From: the human T2T-CHM13v2.0 reference genome, Homo sapiens | Length of the DNA: 64,000 bases | Assembly (NCBI RefSeq): GCF_009914755.1 | Contig: NC_060930.1 | Strand: one strand, 5' to 3' | Part shown: positions 38,250-51,537 of the stretch, in pieces | Position numbering within the stretch: position 1 is the stretch's first letter | How the letters are laid out: the number at the start of each line of letters is the position of its first letter | Program-made: the position numbers and the translations under genes | The notes under the pieces: model-generated | Database searches by the model: none | What the model was told of the DNA's origin: nothing | The model's input: only the letters and a program-made list of their open reading frames with translations

Positions 38250-38480
38250 AGCAACCACTTGTTGAATACAGGATCTAGCATCGAGCTGACCTTTTAAATT
38301 TACTATCTTATTTAATCCTCACATGAGGTTAATATTGTAAACTGCTATTTTGCAGAGTAGAAACTGAGATGTAGAGCAATTTAACAACTTGAGGAAGCTC
38401 ACAAAATAGAAATGAACAGAAGCAGAACCAGAATTCAAACCCAGGACTGACTCTAGAGCCTAGACAGTGACCACTACTCA
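38250..38480 (-). mobile_element. MIR SINE
   Basis: tcttatttaatcctcaca...attttgcagagtagaaactgag...gaattcaaacccagg. Confidence 0.75.
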
Positions 38481-38599
38481 GTATCGCCTCGCTTTGTTCT
38501 TCTAGGCTTGATGCCTTGCTTCTCTGGCCTGTAGTACCTCTCCATCTTCAGCACTTTGACTTTTCTTTAATTGACTGACTGTGCTTGATCCTATGCCTG

Positions 38600-38800
38600 A
38601 CATTAATTTATTTATCGGATAACATAGCTTGAGTGCCCACTCTGTGGCAGGCACTGTGTTTTGTGTTGAGAATAAAATCATGAACAAGGTAAGACCCAGG
38701 CTCTGCCCTCACAGTCATACTCAGCTTAGTGCCTGGTAAGGGTAACAAACAAGTCAGACAGTAATTTCCATATAGTGCCATAAGAGCAGTAACACAAGGA
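38600..38800 (-). mobile_element. L2 3' fragment
   Basis: ttgagtgcccactctgtggcaggcactgtg...ctctgccctcacag. Confidence 0.65.
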
Positions 38801-40054
38801 GCTATTTATATAATAGTACCTGGTGGGTAAATTTCTGGTTCTGAGCCCTTCTGGTCTTCCCTGCTCCTGGTCCCATCAGGTCCCCTTCTTCTCTCCCTTA
38901 CTAAACTGACATTGAGTCTTCTACTCAATGGAAGGGCGGGCTCATTCGCCCCTCAATGTGGGGGAGATGGCAGGATGAAAGGTCAGCAGCCTGAGGTCAC
39001 CATCTGGGAGAACTTAGAATTGAGTTCTGCTCTCCAGATCTGGAACTCAGTGGCTAAGTTGGAACTTCTGAGCTCCTGTATGTACCCTCCAGCCTCCTCT
39101 GCAGCCTGGGACATATAGGCTCTGGGCTTCTAGGTATGAGCTACCTTGCCAGCATTCTCATCAGAGGTTCATAGAGTCTATGAGGGTTCCACTAATAGTC
39201 CCAAGTTTCTGCCTGCTACCTTTCTTAGTGGTTTTTAGGTGTTCTCTAGAATTGGGGCCACAGTATTCCTTCGCCCCAGGGCAGGGCTTTGTTTTTCAGG
39301 CCCCTGCCACCTGGCAGAGATCTTACAACCTATGGATGACAGGACTTCTGACATGGACTGCTTTTCAAAGTCTATTTCCACAATGTTTCAACCCCTGGAA
39401 GGGCCTCTGATGCCAAGGGTTACCTGAATCTCATGCAATCTTGTTGCACGTGGGTTTATATTGTGCTTGGGGGCTTCAAGCTACATTTAGGCTCATTCAC
39501 TGGTCCTGGTCAGTCGCCAGGTCAGTAGCCGGGTCAATTTTCCCTTGACCTTGTTCAATACTGGCAATTTTCTTGGTAATCTCTCTTATCACAGTGATCA
39601 TATGTGTAAGTAAATGCCCAATAAATATTTACTAAAGGAATTAAGTGAAGTTAAAACAAGAACTGATGCCAACACCCAAGCAGCACAGATCTTCATAGAT
39701 ACCCATCACTCAATAACCATTTGCTGATTTGAATGTTTGAATTGACTTGAACTACAATATGTCTGAGGAGATAAGATTTATAGATATGAAACAATTAAGG
39801 AGCAATAAGAGACAGCACACCTCAAACATGGTTTGGTACTGACTGCCCTGTGGATAAAGGAGACAGCCCTAGGGAACAGAGTTGTCAGCAAAAAAAAAGC
39901 TCATAGAAGATGAGGACTTGCAATGGACTTTGGGTCATTAATACCTCTCATGTTTTTCCAAATGATTTCTACAGTATAGCTACATCACACTCATTTTTAG
40001 AAAAATTAAAGAAGTTGAGAGATTAAAGCGTATTCAGAAGTGAAATAATATTTT

Positions 40055-40520
40055 TGTTCAAATTTGGCAAATATTGAATGCCTACTACGTGCCATGCTCT
40101 GTTGCTAAGAATTGGGCATATCAAATGAACAAGAAAGACATGGTGGCCCTTTGGGGAACAATGTTGGTGTGTCTGTGATAAATAAGAAATCAAAGGACAA
40201 GGTAGCAAGTTCTAAAAAGGAATTATATGACAAGTACTATAATGGGAATCCAAAGAACAAGGGACATATGGGATATAGCTGGCCTTCCTGGCCGTGGCAG
40301 GGGTGGGAATACATTGGTAAGGAAATACTGCAGGACCTGAGTCTTAAAAAAGGACCTTCACTTTACTGTGCAGGGTGAGAGAGAAAGGACTGAAAAGGAA
40401 ATTGCAGGGCAATGACTTGCACTGCCAAAGAACATGGCGTAGGTTGAGGCTGGCCAGGAGGGTTAAGGACAGGCTACGGAGTGCCTTCAGTACCCTGCCA
40501 AGATATCTAGAGAGATTTTG
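40055..40520 (-). mobile_element. L2 fragment
   Basis: caaatattgaatgcctactacgtgccatgctctgttgctaag. Confidence 0.6.
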
Positions 40521-41712
40521 GAAACTTTGTGCTGCCTTGTACTTGTAGACTGTGGGTTCTAGCTGCTTTTTCTCTCCACTTTTCTTCTTCTCTCCTCCTT
40601 AGCATCCCACTTGCTCTGTCTCTGCTCAGCTCTTAATGCCTTGACTCATTCATGTGCAGGGACTAGCTCTAGCCAAGTCCAAATACAGGGCTGCAGGGCC
40701 TGCCAGCTCTCCACAAGGATGCCTGTGACCTCAGGCCACCTTGACTTTTTCCCTTTAGTTGGATTCTGCATTTGTTTCCATGGGAGTAAATCTAAAAGAA
40801 GGATGTCCCGTGATGCTCTTACAGAGTCAGAATGTTGGCTTTACACATCCCTAATGATGTCCAGAAAAGTTCAAAGCATTTTACTGTGTATAAGGGACAG
40901 GGCAGAATATGGTTCTCCCTGTGGATAAAACATGGTGTTTATTTCTGGCCTCTGGCTCCAGAAACATTTATTTCTAAAGATGGCAAAGGATCAAAGCCAA
41001 GCCTGTAAGTTATACCTCATATTCTATAGAGTTGTGTGATTCTTTTCTCTAAAATATTAGGCAATTCCACCTTCCATTTTGGCTTGGCAATGGTTTTAAA
41101 AATTATTTCCTTTGGGAGTCAGAGTGGCCTGACAGAAAGCACCTAAAAATTCACAAAACCATAGAGAAGATCATCCTTCCTTTTGGCCATATGATAAGGC
41201 AGTCTAAGAATCAGGTGCGTTTTTCTATTCCAGGAGTGGGCTCCACTTTTGAGATTTGCATGGTTCATTAAACCAAACCTGTGTCCTGCTGAGCCTTCCG
41301 GCTGTAAGCGCAGAACCCCCCACATGAGCATTAAGCTAATGAAATTCCCTGCCAGGAAAAATAGAGCCTAAACTAAGCTTGACACATCAAGGTTTCACCC
41401 CTCCAAGTATTTTAAAGGACATGATACAAGTTAGAGACCAAGTCAGGGTTTCTGCTTAACTCTTTGTAGGCCTGACCATCTGCTATGTGGTACATAAAGC
41501 CTGTCCCGGTGATGACTGAGTTTACAAAATGGCACTCTGCCCTCATAGATGTTTACCAAACAATACAACAACATCAACACTTTTCCCTTTTATGTTCACT
41601 TTGTTGTTTTTTTCATCTTTCCTAAAACATTTATTTTTAATTTCACATCTTCTAAATTTCGGATGGCACAGCCAAGTTTCATTGGAGGGTCTAGTCTCAC
41701 TTGGTCTCCTAC

Positions 41713-41871
41713 CCAGTGCTTCTTAAACTTTAGTGCATATGAATCCCTCAAAGGATTTTGCTAAAGAGCAACTTGTGACTCAGGAGGCTAGGGTGCACCT
41801 GAGATTCTGCATTTCTAACATGTTCTCAGGTAATGACAATACTGCAGGTCCATGGATCACATTAGAGGTAG
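41713..41871. mobile_element. hAT-Charlie MITE, MER5A-like
   Basis: cagtgcttcttaaacttt...cctgagattctgcatttctaaca...ggtccatggatcaca. Confidence 0.8.
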
Positions 41872-42743
41872 TGTGATCATAGAATATTAATCTCCCTGTA
41901 TGGACCAGGCATTGGGTAAGGTGGTGAGGATACAGGAGAAAAGAACAGAGGTGTAGCTTACATTCTTATACTCAGTATACAGTCCTGATCAGTTAATCAG
42001 TAAAACCTGACTTTATTCTTGATTGAGAATTAAGTGACCTAAACTTACACTCCTTCATCTAATTTTATCTATAGACTATTGATTTACTTATAAACAGAGT
42101 CTTCAAACTTTCCGGGAAATATGAAGTGGTCATCATTAACTCTGATTTCCCAAGATCGGTTACCTTTGGGGTAAATGAAACACACAATGATTTATTCCTG
42201 GAGGTGAATGCTTCCCAATCTTTTTTATTTCATGACATGATAGCAAGTAATGTTGGAGTGTCATCCTGACAGAAGCTCCTTGCCTCTGGAGGCAAGGCGG
42301 CCAATGGGAAGAAACTGGCCCATGGGCTGCCCAGTGGCAATCAATACCTTGGCATGACAGTAACCAATACAGTCAGCCCCGATTGACAAGCTCTGTTTTT
42401 TGGCTATAGTTCATCAGCTTCAGAAATTCATCTTTAAAATACAAATACCATGGGAAGAGTAACACCAAAGTCACTATCAGATAAGAGTCCTGTGGGAATT
42501 AGTTGAGAGCTAAGCCAGATACAAGAGGAACTTGGATAGGACCCAGAGTATGCCAAGGACAAAGGAGGGGTAGAGAGGATGGCAGAAGAAAAGGGATGGT
42601 GAAAAGACACCAAAGGTGGGTTCTTCACATTTTGCCAAAGACATGTCTGCTTCAGCACTGATCATGCTTGCTCAAAATATTTCCTCTTCCTTCAGCACAT
42701 ACTGTGAATCTACACAAAGATCAAGTATTAAAAAGTAAGGTGG

Positions 42744-43032
42744 GGCTGCGTACAGTGGCTCACGCCTGTAATCCCGGCACTTTGGGAGGCCAAGGTGGGT
42801 AGATCACTTGAGGTCAGGTGTTCAAGATTGGCCTGGCCAACATGGTGAAACCCTGTCTCTACTAAAAATACAAAAATCAGCCAGGTGTGGTGGGAGGCGC
42901 CTGTAATCCCAGCTACTTGGGAGGCTGAGGAAGGAGAATCACATGAGCTCCGGAGGTGGAGGTTTCAGTGAGCCAAGATCACACCGCTGCACCACTGCAC
43001 TCCAGCTACTAAAAAAAACAAAATAATAAATA
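42744..43032 (+). mobile_element. AluS lacking its last ~25 nt before the A tail
   Basis: Dimeric Alu ending cactccagctactaaaaaaa. Confidence 0.9.
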
Positions 43033-43194
43033 AACATGGATAGGCATCTGTCTTTGCATATTTTTCTCAGTGAGTTGAAAGGCAATGACTTTAAATCAAA
43101 TATTCTTTTGCAATGTTCGATCATAAGGAATTAGCACCCAAACCCATGTGATGGATAATTGCCTCCTATAACATTTGTTTTCTTCTTTGTGGAC

Positions 43195-43402
43195 CAAAGG
43201 TCAGCAAACATTTTCTGTAAAGGGCCAGATAGTAAATATTTTAAGCTTTGTATCCATACAATCTCTATAGCAACTATTCAACTACTGTGGCATCCATAGA
43301 CAGCACATAAACAAGTGGGCATCCATGTGGACCAATAAACTTTATTTACAAAAACAAGTGGTAGGGTGTACTCGGCCTGTGGACTATAGTCTGTGGCCCT
43401 TC
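43195..43402. mobile_element. hAT-Charlie MITE, MER58A-like
   Basis: ggtcagcaaacattttctgtaaagggccagatagtaaatatttta...caataaactttatttacaaaaaca. Confidence 0.85.
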
Positions 43403-44247
43403 TTATGGAAGAACTCTATATGTTAATTAATCTAAAATAAAAGTTGAATATGGAAGAGAACAGAGCATACTTAATTGCAGGGCATGATGGACAATCACAG
43501 AGGTATGAAGACAGATTCTTCTCAGTGCCAGATGCTAAACACAAACACCCACCCAGGGCCTTTGGAAAGTGGTAGTAGGTTTGGCAAATTGCCCAGGGAA
43601 TAGGACATAAGTGGGAAAATTGAGACTTAAAGAAATGGTCTATGAAATGATCCTGCTACGTCAACCTGGCTGATAGATTTGAAATTCTACTATTCTGCAA
43701 AAGTTTTTGTTTTTTCCAGAAGTTTCTCAGCAGCCATTTGTCATAGCAGTTGTTACATATAACATGACACTGACAACCAGTAGTTTGCAAAAATACTGCA
43801 CAGTTGGCATAGGTTGTATTTTCATGTTTTACTAAAATTCTTCTTTGACCACATACCAATTTGTCTTCTTTGAGCCTATGAGACTATGCTCATTTGGATG
43901 TCTGTGGTTTATGAAGTGGGGCCATCTAGCTATTTAAATTGTACTTTGGGAGTTTCTCAAAAGAGGCCAGATATAGACACTAAATATTATGATCTCAAAA
44001 TACAACAGATAGATAAGTGCACTTGTTAGGGTTGCAAAACATATGCACATTAACTATACATGTTATTTAAACATGTATATATTGAGAGGTCAACTTTTTC
44101 TTCCTGTGTGGCCCTACTTACATTAACTATTAAACTGCATTTTAAATGTAAATTAAAGGTATCTAAATACAAGCACTTTTATGTTAGTTGCACAAGTAAC
44201 AATTTACTTCACTCAGTTATGCATCCATTTTTGTTTTGTTTTTACAG

Positions 44248-44281
44248 GAAGTGAAATCCCTGTCACCAGAGAGAACCTTAG
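44248..44281 (+). other. Candidate 34-nt internal exon of an unidentified host gene
   Basis: tttttgttttgtttttacag|GAAGTGAAATCCCTGTCACCAGAGAGAACCTTAG|gtaagc; near-consensus acceptor and donor in unique sequence; two open frames (EVKSLSPERTL, SEIPVTRENL). Confidence 0.65.
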
Positions 44282-45539
44282 GTAAGCCAGGGATTTCTCA
44301 TTTGAAATAAGTGTGTTGTTCACATTATGCCTTTAAACATTTATCCTAAATCAACCCTTTAATCTAGGAGTCTTTGATCCTAGTTCTTTTCTAGAGTCTT
44401 CAATACCAGAGCTTCCCCCAAGTTATTCTTGTGTAAATCGATATCATGGATGTTAGAAGGCAATAAATGAACAATGCCACATCTAGTATTTATAACAACA
44501 GGGATTATTAACTTAATTACCTTATCCTTTTGAAATATCTGAAGAAGAATTATGACCTCTGGGACACCAGCAACAGTCTCCTAATCTATTTCTTAAGTTA
44601 TAGCGGCAAAGTCTGCAGCAGGCATCCCTACGTGCTCTGGCTTATTGCAGTCACTATGGTGGCATTTAGTGGTGTTCTGTCTTCGCGGAATTCTAAAGGC
44701 AGATGCTTATTTCAGGAGTTTTCTATTTCATTCAGAAATGAAATGTCAAAATTAAATTTGGGGACCAATGTGGAAGCATCAACTTTTAATTTTGTCAAAT
44801 GAGAACAATAATCATTTTTTATCATATTCATAACTTCAAAAAAGAAAGACATTTGAACATAAAAATAGTAAGTAGAAAATAAACTCAAACTAAAGAACAA
44901 ATCTTTATGGAAAAACTCCGTACATTGTCTTTATCTTGTTTTTTCCATATAGATTGGGAAGAAAATGCATAATTGATAACAAAGATGAAGGGAATTAGAA
45001 AATCTAAAAATCTTAAATAAAATCAGAAGGGTCATTTGCTGTGTTTAGATAAAAATCATTTGACAGTATTCCTTTATAGTAAGTGAAGTTAAAAGAGCGA
45101 ATGATTTAAGGGTTTTAAAAAAATCTGCCCCTTCAATTACTGTAATTCTATGGGACATGTTCCTTCAATAGGATAAGACTGTTCTTAGAACATCATCCCT
45201 AAAATTAGACTGCAGGGAAATTTATCTCAGTATTTTCTAAACTTTTCAGGTGGTCAAATGAAAGTCATTATTCAAGAGGTTATTAATATGGTGATTTTAA
45301 CTGGTAGCGATAATAATAACCATATATAAATGTTAAAGAATGGCAGTCCTATATAAAACAATATTTCCTGGTAAATCTATTTTTAAAACATTTTAGACGG
45401 AAAATTATCATACCCCACAGAACAAAAAATTTGCAAAAGATGTTTTCAACTCCTTTCCTATCCAATTCTCATTTCCTGTCTACTGGCCTCAGGGGTATAA
45501 GCCAAGCAAAATTTCAAAAGCTCTTGGAAAAACAGAAGC

Positions 45540-45579
45540 TGTGTGTGTGTGTGTGTGTGTGTGCATGTGTGTGTGTGTG
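45540..45579. repeat. (TG)n microsatellite, interrupted
   Basis: Direct reading. Confidence 0.95.
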
Positions 45580-46856
45580 GGGTGGGGAGGTGGAAGGCCA
45601 TTAAAAGAAAAACAGATTTAAAATGTCCCTTTTTGGGGTAATTTGCGTATCTCTTGCAAAGGCTCAGACACACACACTCTCTGGCTTTGTGAATTTCCCT
45701 GTGATTGCAGAGGCTGATTGATGATGTGCTGTGATGAGAGAATCCAGTGGAAGCATTCACTGAAGGAACAGAAATGATTTGGGAGACACTGAAGTGATCT
45801 TATCATTTGGGTTATCAATAACTAAGCCTCTATAAATATCAACACTTCATCCATTACATAGTGAAAAACACAGAGGCTACCAACTGGGATCTGGACTGGG
45901 TGTAATGCAATGATTCAGTATCCTTTGGAGTTGGAGGGCCCGGCTGAGAGAGGGCCACAGAGTGGAGCTGTGGAGTCGAAATGGGTGGGAGCAGCCGCGC
46001 CCACAGTTAGGGGTCAGTGTGTGTTCAGACACTACAGTGAGCATCTCTGCGAGGATGGGTTTATGCAGAAAGAAGAGGGATCATGAAAAGTGCAATCCCT
46101 GTGTCCTGAGATACTCCAGCAGTATAGGAAATTGACGTTAGTGTCTATGGTTTCCTGTCAACGGGGAATCTAAGAGAAAAGTGTTAAAAAAGCCACTTGT
46201 TTCAACTATAAAGAGATGTTACCCAGATTTCTCACTCTGTAAGTGCCAGGGACAAACATATGACAGGCAGAACAGGACGTCAGAGAACAGTAATGCTAAA
46301 AGATAGGAATAGGATGTGTGTAAAATATTCCCTCAGTACATTGCTGCTAATCTGTCAGGAGGAGTGGGGCTGGCTAATGAGGTAATGAAAGAAGAATAAT
46401 GCAAATTATAGTTCATATTTACTATGAAATGATTCTGTTTCAGGCTCTATGCTCAAGGTTCTATTCAGTCACCAAACCTGTGCTTCTGAAAGAGGACAGC
46501 GTAGATTAATAAGGAAATCAGTTATTGGTAGCTGCCTTTTGTTATCAACACTGACAAATTTGCTGTCTTTACTATGCCTTCCAAGTGACTAATATCAGTA
46601 GATTTGGTTAATAGAAAGAGTGAAGTCTAAATACTGAAAAAGAATAAACAAAATGCAGATAAATATTTTGAAATGATTCAGATTGGGAAAGTCCTAATAC
46701 CACTGCTAAGCTTTCAACATTTTCCTTGCCACAGAATGATTCCTCTGAGAACAAAGTAATTGTTGACTTCAAAGAACTCTGAGGAAGTTCAGTGGATGGA
46801 AAGAATTTGGCTAGCAACAGGATGAATCAAATCTAGATTTTTTCCTATCACTAGTA

Positions 46857-46885
46857 TATGTGTGTGTCTGTGTGTGTGTGTGTGT
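46857..46885. repeat. (TG)n microsatellite, interrupted
   Basis: Direct reading. Confidence 0.9.
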
Positions 46886-47361
46886 AGAGCACATGAATAT
46901 TTCCATACAATTTAACTCACTACCTAAAGTGTTTCTCAATATTAAAAATGCACTGAAGAATGGAAATGCCCTTCCTATTTGGTAACTACTCCAAAGATGC
47001 CTTGGAGTTGTTCCATACCTGGGCTACACCTACACTCTATTAATTATGGAGAGTACTGTTCCCCAAATCTAGCTGGGCCCCAGAATCATATCAGGACCTT
47101 TAAAAGTATTTATTCTTTTATCATAGTCCTACTGAATTGGCTTCTTCAGAGGTGGAGGTGGAAATATATATATTTGTGCAAGTGATGCTGAAAACAGTCT
47201 GGGTGTACACTTACATTTAATTCAGGTTGGCAGTGAATCTTGTGAGCCACTCATCTAAACAGCTCAATTGACAGGTTAAGTGACTGCTACCTGTTCCAAC
47301 TGAAGTTATTCCCTCAATAACAGCAGATCTGTGTAGACCCCATCAAGGACTTTAACAGTAA

Positions 47362-47405
47362 TTGATTGACCCTCCATACTCACTTGATTGACCCTCCATA
47401 CTCAC
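47362..47405. repeat. Perfect 22-bp tandem duplication
   Basis: ttgattgaccctccatactcac x2. Confidence 0.97.
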
Positions 47406-47876
47406 CACCTGAGACCCTGCTTTTCATTCTTGCATTTCAAAGAACATGTTCCACTGTGAAATACCAAGATATCTTGGCCAACCTGGCCTTGAAATTGCCT
47501 GGCTGTTGGAAATGATGCCCCCACAATGGATTTGGAGAATACACCTTAATATATGCCCTCAGCAAGATAGGTTTCAAATAAGCGACTCAAACCTGGAAGC
47601 CTCCCACATGGTACATGAGACATTACAAATAAGCTCTTGGTTCTGTTGATTCTTCCTCTTTTAGTTTTCTATGTTTATACAGTTTTCTTGGTTTTAGAAA
47701 CCTCCTCACTATAAACTCTGCTTATCAGCCTATTCTAGCTCTCCACCACACAGAATTGCATGCATGAGACAAGAGCAACCTGCCTGCTGAAAGCCTGAGA
47801 CCACAGTCGCTTAGATTTTTAGGGGGCACTAAGTGTCACTGGAGGACAACCCACTTCAATTATGGTTTTTCTTACT

Positions 47877-48177
47877 TTCTTTCTTTCTTTTTTTTTTTGA
47901 GACAGAGTCTCACTCTGTTGCCCCAGCTGGAGTACAGTGGTGATCTTGGCTGACTGCAACCTCTGGCCTCCCGGGTTCAAGTGATTCTCCTGCCTCAGCC
48001 TCCCAAGTAGCTGGGATTACAGGTGCCTGCCCCCACGCCCACCTAATTTTGTATTTTAGTAGAGACAGGGTTTTGCCATGTTGGTCAGGCTAGTCTTGAA
48101 CTCCTGACCTCAGGTGATCCACTTGTCTTGGCCTCCCAAAGTACTGGGATTGCAGGCATGAGCCACCACACCCGGCC
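47877..48177 (-). mobile_element. AluS
   Basis: Dimeric Alu; TSD-like gtttttctt on both sides. Confidence 0.95.
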
Positions 48178-48854
48178 AGTTTTTCTTTTCTTTAAAAGTA
48201 TTTCATCAGCATCTCATATGGTGTGTTTGTGAGTTTGGCAGAGCACAGCAAGGCATTTCAAGATCTCAGCATTCGTTTCTTGCTTGGAGAGACAGGAAAA
48301 GGTGCACTTGTTCTCATCCCTGGGGAAATGGTCCCTCATGAGTCAAAAATGCTTTGTTTCTGGTCAAGGCAGCTTCAGAGATACCGACACTGCCTTTCTC
48401 TTCCTAGTCCAATCACCCCCTTCCTTTTGGGTCTCAGCAGGTATAGAAGTTGAGAAGACTGAATTCACTGTTGAATTCATTCACCTATCAATTCACCTCA
48501 ACAATGATTTCTCATTGTCATGTGCCAAGCACTTTGAGGAATACAAGGTAATCCATGGAGAGAATAAATTATATATAATTTCCAATGCAAAGTAGAAAGG
48601 GGTTTGTAGCATGAAAGAGGAAAACAAAAATTGCTATGTGAGCTTTGTGGTCAGAGCTCATATATTATATAGTGGAAGAGAAGGTTAAGGGGAAAGCTTC
48701 CCTTTCTTTCTTTCCCTATATCCAGTCCCCCAACTCTAAAGTATTGGGTGTAACATAACTTTTGGAATGCCTATAAGGTCTTACGTTTCAGGAATCTCTG
48801 TGACAATGCCAGCATTTGTGGGGTTCAGGAAGACTGAGGCCAGCTTTGCAGTAG

Positions 48855-49270
48855 AATGTTGCAGAATCACCTGGGAAGTTTGGGGAGCAAAAATATTCTT
48901 GCTTGGACCACAGAGATCGGGATTCACAGCCCTAGGGTGGGTCCCTCATGTCATCTCCAGGTACATGTGCAAAATTCTCCCAGGAGTTAGGCTAGTATCT
49001 CTCCACAGAGAGCCACAACACTGACTTAAACTGATTTTATGTTTCCTGCAACAGCAAATCCAGAAGATAGGAAGAAAAGTAACAGTTGGCCATGTAGCAG
49101 CACAAGCTTTATGGCATTTAGTGCTCACATTAAACCCATCTCACAGATGGAGAGACACATTGAGAAAAAGACCAAGTTGTTGACCTACAGTCATAGGTGG
49201 TCAGTGATAGAACCTGGCTATCCACTCAGATTTCCTGATTCCAAGTCCAGTGCTATTCCCTTGTCACCTC
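48855..49270. mobile_element. MER5-like fragment (~48855-49025) followed by antisense MIR (~49100-49270)
   Basis: cagaatcacctgggaag; cccatctcacagatggagagac...cctgattccaagtccagtgct. Confidence 0.55.
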
Positions 49271-51537
49271 ACAATGTGCATAGTAGTTATTCAATTAGTA
49301 TCCATTGAAAGGAATTGAATCAGAGACAAAATAGTGCTTCCAGAGCACTGGTGAAGAAAGCCGCCCTTGTGGCACCTTTTCTCAGAACAGGGCTCCCAGA
49401 CATTGATGCCTGGGTGATCTTTCACTGGGGCACCTAGGTGATCTTTCCACAGACACAGCTAGATGGCATCTGCAGCCAGTGGCGGGGAGCTGGAGCCCTT
49501 CCCAGTCTAGCCATCACGACATCTTTTTTTCTTTTTCAATTCTGTCATTCTAACAATGGCTGAGTAGAGGTTCAGGATGATGTTGGCAAAAGATCTTTTC
49601 CTGGGCCTCCCCTTTGAAACAGAGAAAGGGAGAAGCCACCATAGAAGGTCCTTCCCACTGTTTTTCCCTTCAAACTTACCTTCATTTGTAAGGGTGGCCT
49701 GAGCAGAGCTCACCCTGATTTCTGAACAGGTTATGCCATCCATCAAAGATGCAAGCATCATGTGAATAATTGAGGTAACTGGGAACTTTGCACCTGTAGC
49801 CAAGGCAGAGTTTTCTGCAGTGCATATTTACAATGTAGTTTTCCTTCAAGATATTAAAAATCATATTTATCTTTTATTTCAAGTCATTTCTACTGATAAA
49901 GGATGTTTTTATAATAATCTGCAAATCAATTGCAGAAGAAAGAAAATTGAGTACTGGATGCATACGTTGACTAATATCTACATGAAAATTTTTGGCTTGA
50001 GGTATTTAGAGGAAAAAATTCAATTATTATTCTTCTTCTCATTAAATATTTTCTGTACCCTGAGATAAAAAATGTTTATAAGCTTTATTTCCCCTTCACA
50101 GTTCAAAGTCTTTATCTTGATTAATCTGATCTTTTGGCTTTCTTCTTCGATGCTATGATTCATTGGTTTCCTGTCATTTCACTCTGCAGAGAGTCTGGTT
50201 TTCCCATTGACAGCCTGCCATATAGTCTCGGCAACAAGAATTAGCCTGAAGTAATTTGGGGCTGTTACTGTGGCTCTCTGACTTGTTTGGATCTACAGGG
50301 AGATGGCCATGACCAAACAAAACAACAACCAAAGGAAAGCTACCAGGTCCTCCTGTATTTGGACAGCCCAGATGTTATTTACAGCCTTGTTTATGAAGTA
50401 TTTTCTTGACCCCGCTGGCTAGGATCCACACACTTTGTCCTTTTAGAGCCCACACGTCCTGTCACATGGTGACAATGTGCCCTGAACAAGTAAACAGGCT
50501 GGAAGACTATTATAACAGTAGAAAAATCTTTTGGCGTAACATCGTGCTCCTCCACTCCACCTCTAAAAAGGACAAAGGAAAGCATGGAGGAAGAGAACCA
50601 AGGACTGCTTTAGTTTTAGATTTTCAAATGACCGTAACTCATGCCACCATTTTGAAACTCCTACTATGTGCAAGGTGCTGTGAATAAAGAAGTTACATAG
50701 TCCACAAGCCCATCTCTCCATGACCTCAGGCTCCCATTCTAGTGGTATTAATGAGCCCAGTGGACCACCTACAATCTGAGGGCATGGTTGCTTTAACACA
50801 CTTGGGCAGGGGTACCAAATATTCTCAGTATTACAAATAATCTGTGCACCCTACCATTTTTCAGTGACCATTATTTATCCCATTATAAATAATATTGAGA
50901 ATATAGGGACTCTCACGTGTCTCAAATTAGGATAAAAATTAACTAAATTACAGTCTGTCCCTACAATAGAGGGCTTTGCTGTCCTGTTTACTTCTACTAC
51001 CAGCAGAAGTCTCCTTGGTCAAACCTCCTCCCCAGCCTCTTACCCAGCATGGCAGGGTACACTCTGTAATCTGATTCCGTCTCCCATTGTTCTGATCCTT
51101 TCCCACACCCCTCTACTAGGCTGTTGCCAGCAGACTCCTCTGTCTTGAATACGTGCTTGGAACATCCTTGTTCTAACTGAAACCTGAAAAGTACCTGAGA
51201 ATTACGCAGCCCACTGGGCCCTCTTAGGAGAACGTTGTTGCTTTCTTACCTCTGGCTCTCACAGCGCCTGAAGGTGCATTGGTACCTACCTTGCTCCTCT
51301 CTTGAAATCTGCAGTTCTTTTGATGCTTACATGCCATAAGAATCTGGCTGCTATTCATACTTATTGCTGTAATTAACTGACAGCCTCGTTATTCTTTCTC
51401 ACTCACTAAGGGTTTTGGCACGTGACTCCCTACCTTTCCATCTACCACCTCTCCTGACATCATTCTTTAGGACTTTAACACCCCCATAGGTGATCATCTA
51501 ATGTCCTGTCTTCAAAGTTCCCTGCTATCATCAGTTC

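Noticed and set aside
47362-47405. CRISPR-like repeat
   Set aside because: Two abutting copies with no spacer, in eukaryotic DNA
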